A stretch of 64,000 bases of DNA from a virus, in the IMG/VR virus record IMGVR_UViG_3300043438_001827, positions 40,749-104,748 of that record. One strand, 5' to 3'. Each line of letters starts with the position of its first letter. Position 1 is the first letter of the stretch. Position numbers and translations under genes: made by a program. Below the pieces are notes generated by a model. That model worked only from the letters and a program-made list of their open reading frames with translations, ran no database searches and was not told the DNA's origin. This document shows, in pieces, positions 1-13,055 of the stretch.

Positions 1-2
1 AA

Positions 3-1304
3 GTAGTCCATGGAAGTATTTTTGATTTTGTTAACAAAGCAGATAATCCTGGTAACATAACAAGTGCAATGGAATCGTATTTCTTAAGGGTAATGCAACT
101 TCAAACATCTGCAAGTAAAGATGATCAAAAATTAGGTCAAGTTCTTGACGGCTTGCTTGTATATGGCCAAGATTTTTTTGGTCAAGGTGATAGATTAGCT
201 TTAGATGAAATGTACATTCACGCAAGAAATCAACTAACCTTTAATGCAACAGCAGGTGTAGCAGAACAAGAAGGAAGAATTAGTAATTTTATATCAATGT
301 TTGATCATGAAGGTGAAACGCTAACAGAAAAACTTAGAAATATATTTAGTCTTCATGGTGAAGCAGATTTACTAGAAAGAGACCCATACAAGAGAACATA
401 TAGGGAAGACTATTTAGATTCAGACTTTGGTGAATATTCAGGAGAAGCTCTTCCAGAAATAAGATCAAGAGCTACTGGAGAAACAATTCCTGAATTTTTA
501 GGAGAAGATAGTGAAAGAATGTTTGAAGACTTTGTCCAACTTCACATTTCTGGCGATCAAGAAAATACAGCAAAATTAATTATGCGAAAACGTTTTGCTG
601 ACGATCCAGAAGCAGCAAAGGCTTACATAGACGAACTAAAAATGATAGGCATGAGATACGAAAGCAAGTCCGCAGAAATATCTCCTAAAGTAGCAGAAAT
701 GCTTGAACAGTTCATGCCAGATATTGACATGACAATGCCAATGACAACTTCAGATATATTGGAAACTTTTGACCGTTCTATTGGTACTCTTGCAGAAGAT
801 GAAGCCGCTGCCGTTCGTTCTGCTTTACGAGAAGGAGCAGAAACTGCCGGTGGAGCAACAGGTGGAGACATACCCTTTAAGGGCATTGGGGAAATGATAA
901 GTGACCATTTTCCTAGAATTGGCAGAATAGGGAATAGAATAGGCGAACACAAGTTCGCTATAGCAGGAACTGTAGCTGCCGCAACGGCAGGAGCTGTTGT
1001 CTACCATAAGATGAGAAATAGGGATCATACTCCCGACGCTGTTACTGGACCTCCTCTTTTGCCCGGTGGAAACCCATACGACAGAAGGGATACTACAACC
1101 GTTCAATATCCAGACTTTTCATCATTTCAAAATGACGATGATGGGGATTCTTATGACATAAGGGTTTCTGGAACTGATGCACAAATGAAAAAATTTATAA
1201 ATCAAGCATCAATCATAACAGATTCAAATACAAACAGTACTATATATCGAGGTATCCCTAACTTAAGCAGTGATCCATTTGACGACATTGCAGGTTCTTA
1301 TTAG
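3..1304 (+). CDS. 5'-truncated large protein, C-terminal part (probably virion-associated, possibly tape-measure-like)
   Basis: The frame of ORF 69..1304 is open back to base 3. Helical acidic sequence with a hydrophobic AIAGTVAAATAGAVVY segment; lies upstream of the tail/baseplate genes. Confidence 0.5.
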   Translation, partial: VVHGSIFDFVNKADNPGNITSAMESYFLRVMQLQTSASKDDQKLGQVLDGLLVYGQDFFGQGDRLALDEMYIHARNQLTFNATAGVAEQEGRISNFISMFDHEGETLTEKLRNIFSLHGEADLLERDPYKRTYREDYLDSDFGEYSGEALPEIRSRATGETIPEFLGEDSERMFEDFVQLHISGDQENTAKLIMRKRFADDPEAAKAYIDELKMIGMRYESKSAEISPKVAEMLEQFMPDIDMTMPMTTSDILETFDRSIGTLAEDEAAAVRSALREGAETAGGATGGDIPFKGIGEMISDHFPRIGRIGNRIGEHKFAIAGTVAAATAGAVVYHKMRNRDHTPDAVTGPPLLPGGNPYDRRDTTTVQYPDFSSFQNDDDGDSYDIRVSGTDAQMKKFINQASIITDSNTNSTIYRGIPNLSSDPFDDIAGSY

Positions 1305-1314
1305 GAAATAGGTC

Positions 1315-1788
1315 ATGGAAAGAAATCTTAGCGATTCAAATGCCCGTCTAAAAAACGCTGCTAAAAACAACCCAAATTCAGCCCCTAAAGTCCAACAAGC
1401 TAGACAAACAGCAGAAACTGTTAAAGCTAACAATTCAAAGGAACCATATAGTGGAAACTCTGAAGATAGACTTACTGATAAAAAAGCTAAAGAAGCTACA
1501 ACATCTTCAAGAGGACCATCTAGACCGTCTTACGAGGGTTATAGTGGTTCTTCTAGTGCTCATATCCAATTTAATAAAACAGGATATGATGCCCCAAAAC
1601 ACCAACAAGCTAGAAATAAAACATTATCTGGAGAAGGAAATCCTAATATTTCATTAGCTTCTTTCAATAAAGGGACCCATTCATTTAACAAAAATGGTAT
1701 AATTAACAATCACGCTAGAATATCTATGGGGGAAACTTCTAGAACTAGCATAGATAAAATTTTAAAAATTAATAATTATTTTAATTAA
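1315..1788 (+). CDS. hypothetical basic, low-complexity protein
   Basis: 157-aa ORF tightly packed between neighbours; AGGA upstream. Confidence 0.7.
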   Translation: MERNLSDSNARLKNAAKNNPNSAPKVQQARQTAETVKANNSKEPYSGNSEDRLTDKKAKEATTSSRGPSRPSYEGYSGSSSAHIQFNKTGYDAPKHQQARNKTLSGEGNPNISLASFNKGTHSFNKNGIINNHARISMGETSRTSIDKILKINNYFN

Positions 1789-1798
1789 GCGGTAAACT

Positions 1799-4700
1799 AT
1801 GGCAGTAGATAAAACTATTATAAAATATCTTAAAGATAATTTTACTACTCAAGCGCATATAAATGATTATATCGACGAGCTAAGGTCAACATACCAAGAC
1901 GGTTTAACCTATAAGGCTAAAAGAGTTTATGATTATTATGGCCTTTTTATAGGCGACACAAGTTACGCTGGAGACTACAAGAGCTCAAGGAATAACAGCG
2001 TATGGCAAAATAAAGTTATGCCAGTCGCATTAGAGATAATTAAACCAAAATTTTCTGATCCAGTTTGGGTTTCTCTTAGAGAAACAGCAATTGGCACTAC
2101 GATTAATGCCTATACACCTGGTAGTAAAATTGTTAATATAACTACGGTAGCAATTTTAGATTATCTAAGAGCTAACTTTGATAAGACAATAAAGAAAAAT
2201 ATCCAAATTGATGACCCGTCTTTAGAAAAAGCTTGGACTAAATACTACGAAGATGATAAAACTGGGGTTAAAACAGGTAGAGATGTTACCGCTTTTGGTA
2301 CTGGTAAAACTCTTTTTGGTAACTGGATTTCATTAGGAGATTTTGTAGAAGCAGTAATAAAAAGACTGCAAAGTTTTGATATTGCTACAGGAACGCTTAA
2401 CGAAGCAACAACTGTTCCAAACCTCCCTCCTGAAGTAGATGCTCAGTATGGAACTAGATTTGAAATATTAGAAGATTTTCTTCGCAAATCGTCTGGCACC
2501 ACCAATGCCCATGGTACTTATGTGGCAGGTCTTTACGATACTGTATTAAGAAAGAATAATCTACGGAGTTTGGTCTCCTAGCCAACATGGTAATGATTCA
2601 TTTGGCGTCTTTGAAAAAATATTAGCCCCTGCAATATCTTCAAAGCTAAATAATTTGCAAGTTAAATATCAAAAAAATATATATGACAGATTACAAAATA
2701 GCGGTTTATTAGATCTTCTTATTTACAATGATCAGATTCGTCAGTTTGGTAGAGGAAGATTCGAAAATGAAGGATCAGTAAGAGCTAGTGGGGCAAAACT
2801 GCTAGATGGAACAAGAGATACTGCTTGGCTTCAGCAGTTATCGCTTACGATCTCGATACTTTCATCAGACCCAATAACAATGGCTACTCTTTATCAGTAC
2901 TTTCCTGATCTCATTAACTTCTTCTTTGAAGCAGTAGCTATAACAGCAGACTATTCTAATAATGGACAAGGTGGCGGTCAAGAAGACGAATTAAATAATC
3001 CACAAGCTATCCTTGATGATCTAATGAAATCTTTTGGTCACGTTAATGGAGAAAATATATTTACTGGTGCTTGGAACTTAATCAATACAGCACAAAGAAT
3101 AGAAAAAGCTTTAGCAGAAACTCCGTTAAGATCAAACACACCACCAAATACTCCTGATATATTTCACTTAAGACTTGGTGCATCAAACTTCTATATCCCA
3201 CCTATTAAAATAGATGTTAATACCTCATTTAAGACTTCGTCATTGGGGACTCAGGCTTTAAGACAAAAAACTACCGCAAAGTTTAACGCAGGGTATAAAG
3301 AAGTCAGTATAGGAATGAGATTATACTTTCCTAATTACGAAGAAATTTGGGGCATTTCGATAGATGACGTTTCCAAAATTACAGTAAAAGATAACTACAG
3401 CATAGACTTTAAGCCAACTGGAGATAGTGATGAAAAGATCGACAAATTTCTTTCTTCTTTGCGTGGCTTAATTGCTGCCTTTAAATATTCTCCTATTCTT
3501 CCAGTTAAAAATCATTATCTAAATTCAGTCCATGGAATAACGGGAGTTACACTTGCTGGAATGTCAATATCTACGATTCCAAACTATCCATTTGGTCTAA
3601 TGGTCGACATTGCTTTTAATAATTTTAATCATAAACCACTTTTACCAATGATATCTGACTTTAACCAGGCAATACACTGGGGTAAGTATAGACAATATAT
3701 GGGCAAAGCTGCAGGAAAATTACATAACTATGTTAACGAAGAATTTATTAAATATACACCAGATGAAGCTTTGGGCAGAAACAGCAACGACATAAGTGGC
3801 CGTACTCCAGCAGGACAAAGCGGATCAAATAATATTAACACACCAACTACTTCTATAGTCCCTGCTAATGGAACTACTTTAGACTTAGACCCAAGTACGA
3901 TAGGGTACAAGGATGATGATGTATTTGTTACGAATGTCTATAAAGAATGGACAGATGGCAACAATGTAGTTTTCTATACTCCAGCAGAAACTCAAACAAA
4001 AATATTTACTCCAGATATTTCTGATTTTAGAAGCGACGCAGAAAAATATGCAGCAAAAGTAACACCTCAAAATTCTGGTATTTGGGGTTCATTCTTGAGT
4101 GGATTTGGCATAAATCTTGCATCCGATTATAACCGTTCTCTTTCCGACGTAGTAACCACCTCCAAGGGCGCATATCAAGAGTTCTACATCAGGGATAAAA
4201 TTTTAAGTTCAATAAATATATTAGAAGCAGGCAGAAGCTCCAAAGTATTTACCGAAAGTGCTTACGCTACATTAGTTGAAGGGTTTATCGGCTCAAACCT
4301 TAGTGCAGGGCTAGACTCAGACAGAAAAGCTTTCTTAAGAAATATGAACGATAATACAAACGCTTATACAGATACAGGTGATTGGAAATTAGGAATATTA
4401 AGCTTTAAAAATAAAACGCTTCTTGAAATGAAATTCATAATGAAAGCAAAAGCCACAAAAACCGATACCTATTTAGATCACTTGGTGGACGTAGAAACAG
4501 TACGTCAAGCAAGAAGTCAACATCTTGATGTCGACGATCCAAAGAATAAATCTACGATTGACTCAATAAGAGCGACGGTTAAGAGAAAATTTGGCGATGC
4601 TTTTGCTTCCACAATGTACAATAGATTCTTTGAATATGGTCCGCTAAAAGACTTAATGGAAGCAGCTAGAGAAAGAGCTGGATCTTTCCACATTAGAGAG

Positions 4701-7700
4701 TGGGAAGTTCCGATGATTAAGTTGGATTTTGATCCAAAAAGCGTGATAGTGACCGCTGTTTCCTTGAGCATGTCAAATACCTTTGTCCCCTTGCAACTTC
4801 AAATGCAAGATGAACCAACATACCAACACATTGGTGGTGGAGATACAAACATTAGTATGTCAATGGTAATCTTTGGCGAAAAAGAATTAATTAAATTAAG
4901 AAAAATGTTTGACCACATTAACGGTTTGGCTAGATTAGAACACGCTACTGGCGTACTTGGATTCTTAGGTATTAAAAATATTATAACGGCATTGGCTGGT
5001 GTTAAATATGTTTTACCAATTAGATTTGATGTAAAAACAATCGAAGGATATCCTCATGTTTACAACGTTACATTGGATCTTGTTGACTTTGATATTTTTC
5101 AACAAAAGAGAGAACAACTTTCTTCTGCGCAGCAAGCAAAGTTCGTTGAAGAGTTTGGGACAAAGAAAAATCCATTTTTAAGAATTAAACAACTTTGGGG
5201 TCAGTTCAATGCTTACTCCGATTTTCCTTTGGAAATAAGAAATAAGGCTGGTGAGATAGTAGGTTCATTAGATCCAGATTTTTATTTCCGTAGTTTTGAA
5301 ATGTTTGATAACGATGTTGTTAATAACATAACTATTAACCAACAAAAACTTACTAGGTTAAACTTTAAGCACGTAAAACCAGAAGATGGATCTACTGATC
5401 AAACTGAACTAGCACGTTATGCATCCAGAATAGATACTTTTAAAACCTACATTAGGACTAATGATGTTAGCGGTTTAAAGAGATATGTAAAAGATACTCT
5501 TAGTTTAGACCCTTCAACAACAGCGTCTTATATTAGAGATGCGCTTTCGGGGGAAGATAATCAAAATTTCTTAATTCATTATGTGGATAGTTTGGACGAA
5601 ACTGAATTCCCCGTAACATCAGCAGCTGACTCTAATTTTAGAAGCACTAATGGACAACTATCAGTTGGTGACGTTGGCAGTAACAGGGAAAAAGAAAAGG
5701 CAAGTATAGAAGCTTTACTAAAGGGAAGTAGTTCTCTTCAGGGTGAGGATATGGTCAGCTTTAACCCTGATGAACTCAGCGCTCACGCAATAATACACAC
5801 TTTTCCAGCAATAGGGAACGTGGTGGATCCACACATCCCAGCTATACTGCATACAGCAGATGGGTATCAATTTGGTTATGTCGATAAAGATAATGGTAGA
5901 TTTTATTTAACCGTAGATGGATATAACGTAACAAAAGATACCAAAAAGGTTAACTATATTGGAGTAACAGATACCCAATCTCCAGATGTTGGAACAAACC
6001 TTCCTGAAGGAAAGAACATGACGGGCGTACCAGGAGTCCAGTCTTTGGATAAATATCAATACTCATACACATCAGGTGATTTGAGCAAGCCTGAATCCAT
6101 GAACAGGAATGGAGATTCAAAGAGCGTTGATAAGCACTGGGAAAAGATGATGATTGATACGTCCTATAGGGATATATCAGGAAGAATGATTAGAGCTTTT
6201 CCAACCTATATGCTGTGGTTAGTTGATGAAGGTAATTTTGCTGGAACAAAACTATTTGATAACTTTTATGGATTACAATCGATTATAGATTTTTCAATAG
6301 TTCAATCAGAAGATATACTAGGAGACACCTTAGTATTCAGACTTTCCAATATGTATGCCAAGCTTTCCACTAGAGAAGCTAGTACGGTATTTAATGGAAA
6401 CGGACAACAGAATGCTCCTCCAGGTACAGATCTATTTGGATTGACATCTGGCCTAGACTCCATTATAGATTTAACCTTAAATAGAGCAAGAAATATTCTT
6501 GGTCATATGGAAAGTCAATATATTGTTGACATAGAAAATATTAGATTAAAACCAGGAGTAAGAGTCCACCTTAGGGGCGGGTACGGTTCAAATCCAAACT
6601 CATTACATACTTTATTCAATGGCATTATTACCAGTGTTGAACTAGGTGAAATTGTTGTCGTCACTGCACAATCTGACGCAATTGAATTAAGTCCAATAGT
6701 TAACTCTACTAATAAAAAAGGTAGTAGCGGTAAAATAGATGGTGGAATAAATACTGGAATGTATTTATCAGAACCACGAGATTTAATGATTCGTTTGTTG
6801 TCAATGGGAACTTCTAAAACAAGAGAAGCTTTTGCCCTTGCTACTAGAGGTACTATCTTTTCTGGAAATAAATTTGGAATCAAACACTTTGGAATGATAC
6901 CTTATCAGCCTTTAAATGACATCGAATTAAACAAACAAAGAGGAATCAGAAATGCAATAGCAGACACTGCGACCTCTTTAGGCAGAGGTGGGATGGGGGT
7001 TTCCGGAACAGTTTCCGCAGTGGCAGGAATGTTGAATCCAGATGGCCAAAACCAAAGTGTGCTTGGTGCAGAAGTTAGAATTCCAGTAGTTTCCATGATG
7101 CAAACATTGTGGTCTAACTTTGCTGCTCAAAGAGATCTAGAAATTTTTAAAAGAAATATATATCCCGGTAATGGAACAGGAGTTGCCCAGTACCTTGGTG
7201 GAGACATTGGAGATGGTTGGGCTAATGTTTCTTCTTTGACGCCAGAAGATAAGCCCAATCCTAGACTAGAATATTTAAATAGGCTTACTGACTCATCTTG
7301 GAATGATTTACTCCAAAAATATGACGCTCAGGACGCAAGTGCTGCAGCCGCTTTGGACACATTAACTGGTGCAGGGGCAAGAGAAAGTGGTGGCACTGCA
7401 GCTATGATAACTGGTGGAGTATTGGCTGCTGCTGGTACAGCCCTTGCTGTAGGTACTGGTGGCTTAGCCCTTCCTATAATAGGAGTAGGAGCCGCTACAT
7501 TGGGTCTAACTGGTGTTCTTGGTGGTAGAGGCGGAAAGAATATATTTAGAACGCTGGGACTAATCAGTCCAACAGACGATGACGACATGCCTGGATTCGA
7601 TGAAGTTTCGTTCAGGTGCCAAACGTACATGAAGAGTGTATGGGATATATTCCAAACATGTGCAAGAATTTTACCTAATTACATAGTAGCAGTAAGACCA

Positions 7701-10700
7701 TTTGAAGATAGGTCTACTGTATTCTATGGTAAGCCACATTGGCTGTATACATCAGGCGTAGTTCCTGTAACGACTGGTTTCCCTAGTGAAGAAAAAGCAG
7801 TAAGACTAGGTCTTAAAACCCCTTCCTATATCAACCCAGATGACGAGTTGCTAGATATTATAAATGCAGTAAATAAGCAATCTAGTTCTACTGCTGATTA
7901 TCTAGCTTCACAATCTCTTCAAGAAGCTACAGTAAATCTATCCAGTGTCATTAAATCACAGAATGCTGGAACAGACGTCTATAGACCCTCAAAAGCTTTA
8001 AGGGGTGAAATAATTAACTTCGAAGACCCGAATAGAGTTAAATATTTTAATAAAGATAAAGAAGTAATTTCCGTTTTACCTATAAATAAAGGATACGCTA
8101 CTGTCGGATATCACTTACCAATTGAGTCATCCGGAGAAAAGACTGATAACGAATTATCTAATTTTGAAAATATTCACAAACAAATTGATCAGTTACCCGC
8201 TAGATTTTCTTTCCCATATTTTACGGACAGACCAGCAGGAGCGGTACTAACCGACTATGCTTTCTTTGCTGTTTCTAATCAAAGAGATAAGTTAGGGGAT
8301 TTTTATAAAGACGATAAAGATTACGAAAAACTTGGCAGAGACCCAAGTTGGAACATATTACTAGCAGCAGAAGCTGGACTTATAGGAAAAACTTTAACTG
8401 TAGATAAAGGACTAGATTACGATATAGATCTTAAATTAGATATTTCTTCTATATTTAGAAATGTTGATGTCGCTAGTGCCATAGGTGATAGCTTTATCTA
8501 TGGTCTTGATGAACTGCAACCAGGAGCTTCCAAAACAATAATCAGAATGCCACTACCTTCAATAAAGGGTGAGCTCAAAAAAGCTACCGACATTAACGGA
8601 AGTGGAAGTTGGGAATATAAATATTTTGATGCAGGAACAATTACTGCAAAATCACCATTTAGTTATAGGGATTGGGGCTCTCCAAAAACAGCTGAAGATG
8701 AACAGTTTTATATTGCTATGAGATTTCCGTATAAAATTGCAGAAGATACAAACGATCCATTATGGACAGAATTTAAAGAACAATATTTTTCTGATAAAGA
8801 AAATTCAGATTTTTATGGATCAGTTAAAGACTATAAGAATAGAAAAGTATTAATATATAGTCCAACTACAAATCAAGCAGTTGTTTGTAAACCAGCTTAT
8901 TTCCTTTGGGGTGAACTTGAAGCAGACTTATATCAACCGACAGAAGGAGCTGACATTAATAGAACAGATACTAGTTACTTAAACTTTAAATATAATAATA
9001 CTAGTATTCAAATTAGCTCCTTAATATCTCCCGACGCTGCATATTACCTTGGTGTAATGAGCTTAACGGAAGATGAAAAAAATTATTATGATAAGGGGAA
9101 TGATGCAAGCGACGCTGCTAAAGTATTAGCAGAAGCTGGCGTTGCCCCTAACCCAATACCAAGAGAATGTTACTATGCATTTGTCGATGACAATGTACCA
9201 GTTGGAGTGGTGACAACTATGACAAGTCCAGCGACACATTTTACGATAGACTCATCATCTGGTTCTAATTATTTAATTGGTTTTGGAAAATATGGTGCAG
9301 TCAATTCTACTAATACTGTTAAATATACGGCAAAAGCTCTTACCACTAATGCAAGCGCTGGGCGTATGGCACAATTGCCAGCTGGATCAAGCCAAGAGGC
9401 AATAGATCGTTGGACTAGAACAGCGGCAGCAGCGTTAGATACAAATTATATTCAATACGTACCAGACTCAAATATACAATTACTCTCTTCTGAAATGATG
9501 GCTGCCCTAGCTGCAAAAGGTGGAAATTATATTGATTACTTTAAATATGTTAATGAAGAAAAATACGATAAGGTTTCAAGAGACGCATTATACAAGATAT
9601 TAGATAAAGAGTTAACTACTACTGGTGACGTAGAAACTGGTACGGGAAGGTTTAGTTTTGCTCCAGTCTTTGATCCGGCAGATCCAAGTTCAGTTAAAGC
9701 TAGAGAGTTATTTGACGAAGATTATAGTTCTTCAATTCATGTTCTTGCGGGAAATGGAAGAACTCTTGCTCAAGCTAACGATATTTGGGATCAATTTAGA
9801 TTTGCGTACCATAATTACGATTCAGTAAAACAAATATTTTTTCAAGCATTTGGAATAAACCCTGAAGGCACCGATCCTATACCTAATAATCTTTTGACTA
9901 TAATTAGAGATATATACAACAATAAGGGTACAGAAGCTCAAAAAATAGAAATATTTAAAAAATTCAATGACACTATTCCAGGTGCAGCGGATGAATTCAC
10001 CGCATTGCTTGGAGACGATTTTATCAATCAAACAGGTTCCACTAGTAAAACAAACGCAAGCCAGCTTAGTTCTGATGAGATAAAGAAAGCTATAGAATTT
10101 GCTAGAAGTAATTTTATTGATGCGCCACAATCAGAGGACGGTTTGATAAACTATTTTAACTCAGTACTTAGAGATAAATTCATAAAAATAGGATACTACC
10201 TAAAAGGTGCTGCCAACATGATAGAGGCTTCTAGCGGCGGTAAAACTCCAATGATATTTGACTCTAATAATAATAATGTAACAGGAAAACAATTATTCTA
10301 CCTTGTAGTTGGAATATTTAGACAAGCAATGTGGCAAGAGCCTTATGCTAGAGCTTGGTTAATATTAAAGCCAAATAGAAAATATGTTGGTGACGACATG
10401 TGGGACTTTAACCCAGTCAATCCAATATTTTCAGTATTTATAGATCCAAACTTTAATGTTTCATCCGATCAAAAGAAGTTCCTAAAGATTTTGGCAGATA
10501 ATAAAAGCGAAGGTAACAGCGCAGGAAATATCGGTTCCGTTATGGTTAATGGAGTAGAGGATTTCTTTAAAAATAGCATAGGACCTGTTTGGACAGCCCT
10601 GAGTGATGGCTTAAGTGGTCTATTAAATATGTTTAGAGTATCAATGATGCAAATGGGTTACGGCCTAGAGCAAGTAGACAACTTTGCCAGACAGGCTAAT

Positions 10701-13037
10701 GTTCTAAATAAAGCTTTAAATGATTCTATATACTATTCACTTGGCAGGGCTGGATCTTTATTAAGGGCAGTAGACAATCCATTTACAAGAGAGTATGGAG
10801 AGCCAGTTGTAGAGATCAGGGAACCATTTCAAAGAATGCACTACCTAAGTTCTTTTTCTCATATTCTTGCTAATAATATAATCGAAAATACTTCTGGCGT
10901 TGCCACACAGGTAACAGCAGTTTCCGATGGTAAATATCCAGTAACAGTAGCATTGGATAAAAGTATATCTTCTGAAAGACAAGTGGAAAAAACCGTTGAA
11001 ACAGATCTGTACTTTGACAATGTAATGGGTTCTGGTATTTTTGGAATAGCACAACCTTTATTCCATCCTCTGGAATTCACTAGAGGCGTTGCTAAGTTAG
11101 CGCAAGGTGCTCCAGATGAATTAACGGCAAGAAGAGTAGCTTTATCTCATCTTAAAGATTCCCTAAAGGATATCTATGGTGGTGAATTAGTAGTAATAGG
11201 ATCTCCTGACATAAGACCTCATGATATAGTTTACCTTGCAGACGTTTATGAAAGAATGTATGGCCTATTTGAAGTGGAACAAGTGGTTCATCACTTTACT
11301 GCTGATCTTGGATTCATTACCTCAATAACACCTAATGCAATGGTTTCAGTAAATGACCCAGGAAGATGGTTCTTATCATCTTGGATGCATTCGTGGTTCT
11401 CAATTAAGAACATAAGAGATCACACTAAGATTTTGATGAACTCCGTACAAGCAGGGTCAACAGGGATTATGTCTAGCGGAAATATATCCGTTGATGGTTT
11501 ATCTCAAGCTCTAAGCACTCAATTATTGGGAGGAATACAATTTACCCACGGATCTAGTGCGTTAATGAAAGATGTTGTGTCTAATTATAGTGCAGAAGCA
11601 TTATCAGATGCTCAAGCAAGTATAGAAAGTCAAGTAAAGAGTGGAGCCACTGGAGGGGTTAGCCTTTCTACTTTTGCCTTAGGTTTCGTTGGCACTGTAG
11701 CTGCTGGTGCGGCTATTGTAGGGGCTCTAGCTCCTCTTGGGGTGGTTGGACTAGGTGTAGGTGCATCATTTGGCGCTCAAGGGTTCTGGGGTGGCTGGCA
11801 GTGGGTTAGGGACAATGTTCTAGATCAACACGGTTGTTATATTCAGTACTTAAATAGAAATGGACAACCAATGGACGCTGGCCTCTCCATTAACCAAGGA
11901 ATGGTAGTAGGAAAATATCATAGTAAAAAATTGCTACCAGGAATCTTAGGTGTAAGAGCCCATACTATGGTTGACGGGAATGCTTATGTAAGAAGTGATG
12001 ATATATTAAAGAGTATTGGATGGAAAGAAAAGGAAATTAATGAATTAGTTAGATACATTAGTTTAGAAAACTCTTTAGTCAATGCAGAGGTATTAAAATA
12101 TTCAGGAACAGGTCCAGATAAAGCTGGTTTTACTGAGTTCTTTAAGGTTGTTTGTAGAGTAAGTAGATTTATTGATGGAGGGGAAGTAGAAGTTGTAGAT
12201 ATATTTAACCCAAGTGCTCAACCATTTAAGGTTAAACTAGACGGAATTATTTCTGGAAATTTAAATTCAATGAGTGGATATTTAAACAATTCTAGTCAAT
12301 CAAATTATATAGATTCTACTCAAACAACTATAGTTAACACTAATTCTTCTGGTGGTCGTTCGGCAGAATATATAGCAAAACAACTAACTGGTAAGATTTT
12401 TGTAGTTAGAATAGCACCAAATGATATGTCAGCCACATCAATTTTTACTGAAGACGATTTAGATCCAGGCTCTTCCAAAAATATAAAATCCAATTATTTA
12501 ACTGCAGATAAATACGGCGATGGTGAAAAAGAAAAAGCTCTTGGAACTATATTCTATAGGATTATAGGTAATGAATTAAATAACGTAGAAGAAGACATAA
12601 GGTCTTTTTTCTACAAAAATCAAGCTAGTGGTGTAGATGAATTGAAGAATAACTTTAAAAATACTTTATATCAAGGTTCAGTCTTTTATAAAAAGTTTAA
12701 TGAATTATTTAATCAGATTAAAAATTCAAATATAACAGAGCCCAACATAGGTTCCAATACAGCAGATTCTCTTTCTTCTTTGTCTGATCAAAAGAAGCAA
12801 TTGTATACAATATTTTATAATATAAGAATAGCTGAATTACTATATGAAAAAGCATCACAGTGGCCCTATACTTCTTGGGATGAATACTATGATGACGGTG
12901 GCCCAGCTACACTAAACTGGGAATTGGTTATTAATGGACTTGCGCAAGTTTCTACTACAGATCTTCTTAGAGAAAGAAAATCTGTTATAAGCCTTGAAGA
13001 GCAATTAGCTATACCGAAATACATACCTTCTAGGTAG
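1799..13037 (+). CDS. giant tail/baseplate hub-like virion protein (~3745 aa), joined by a +1 shift at CGG 2564
   Basis: ORF 1799 reaches CGG at 2564; GGA at 2565 is open into ORF 2655..13037. Carries gp27/gpD-hub-like motifs (LKPGVRVHLRGGYGSN; GSPDIRPHDIVYL...FEVEQVVHHF...GFITSIT), two Gly/Ala hydrophobic segments, an RlpA-like segment and a C-terminal SNase-like fold. Confidence 0.7.
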
Positions 13038-13055
13038 ATAAGATAGGAATTTTTT

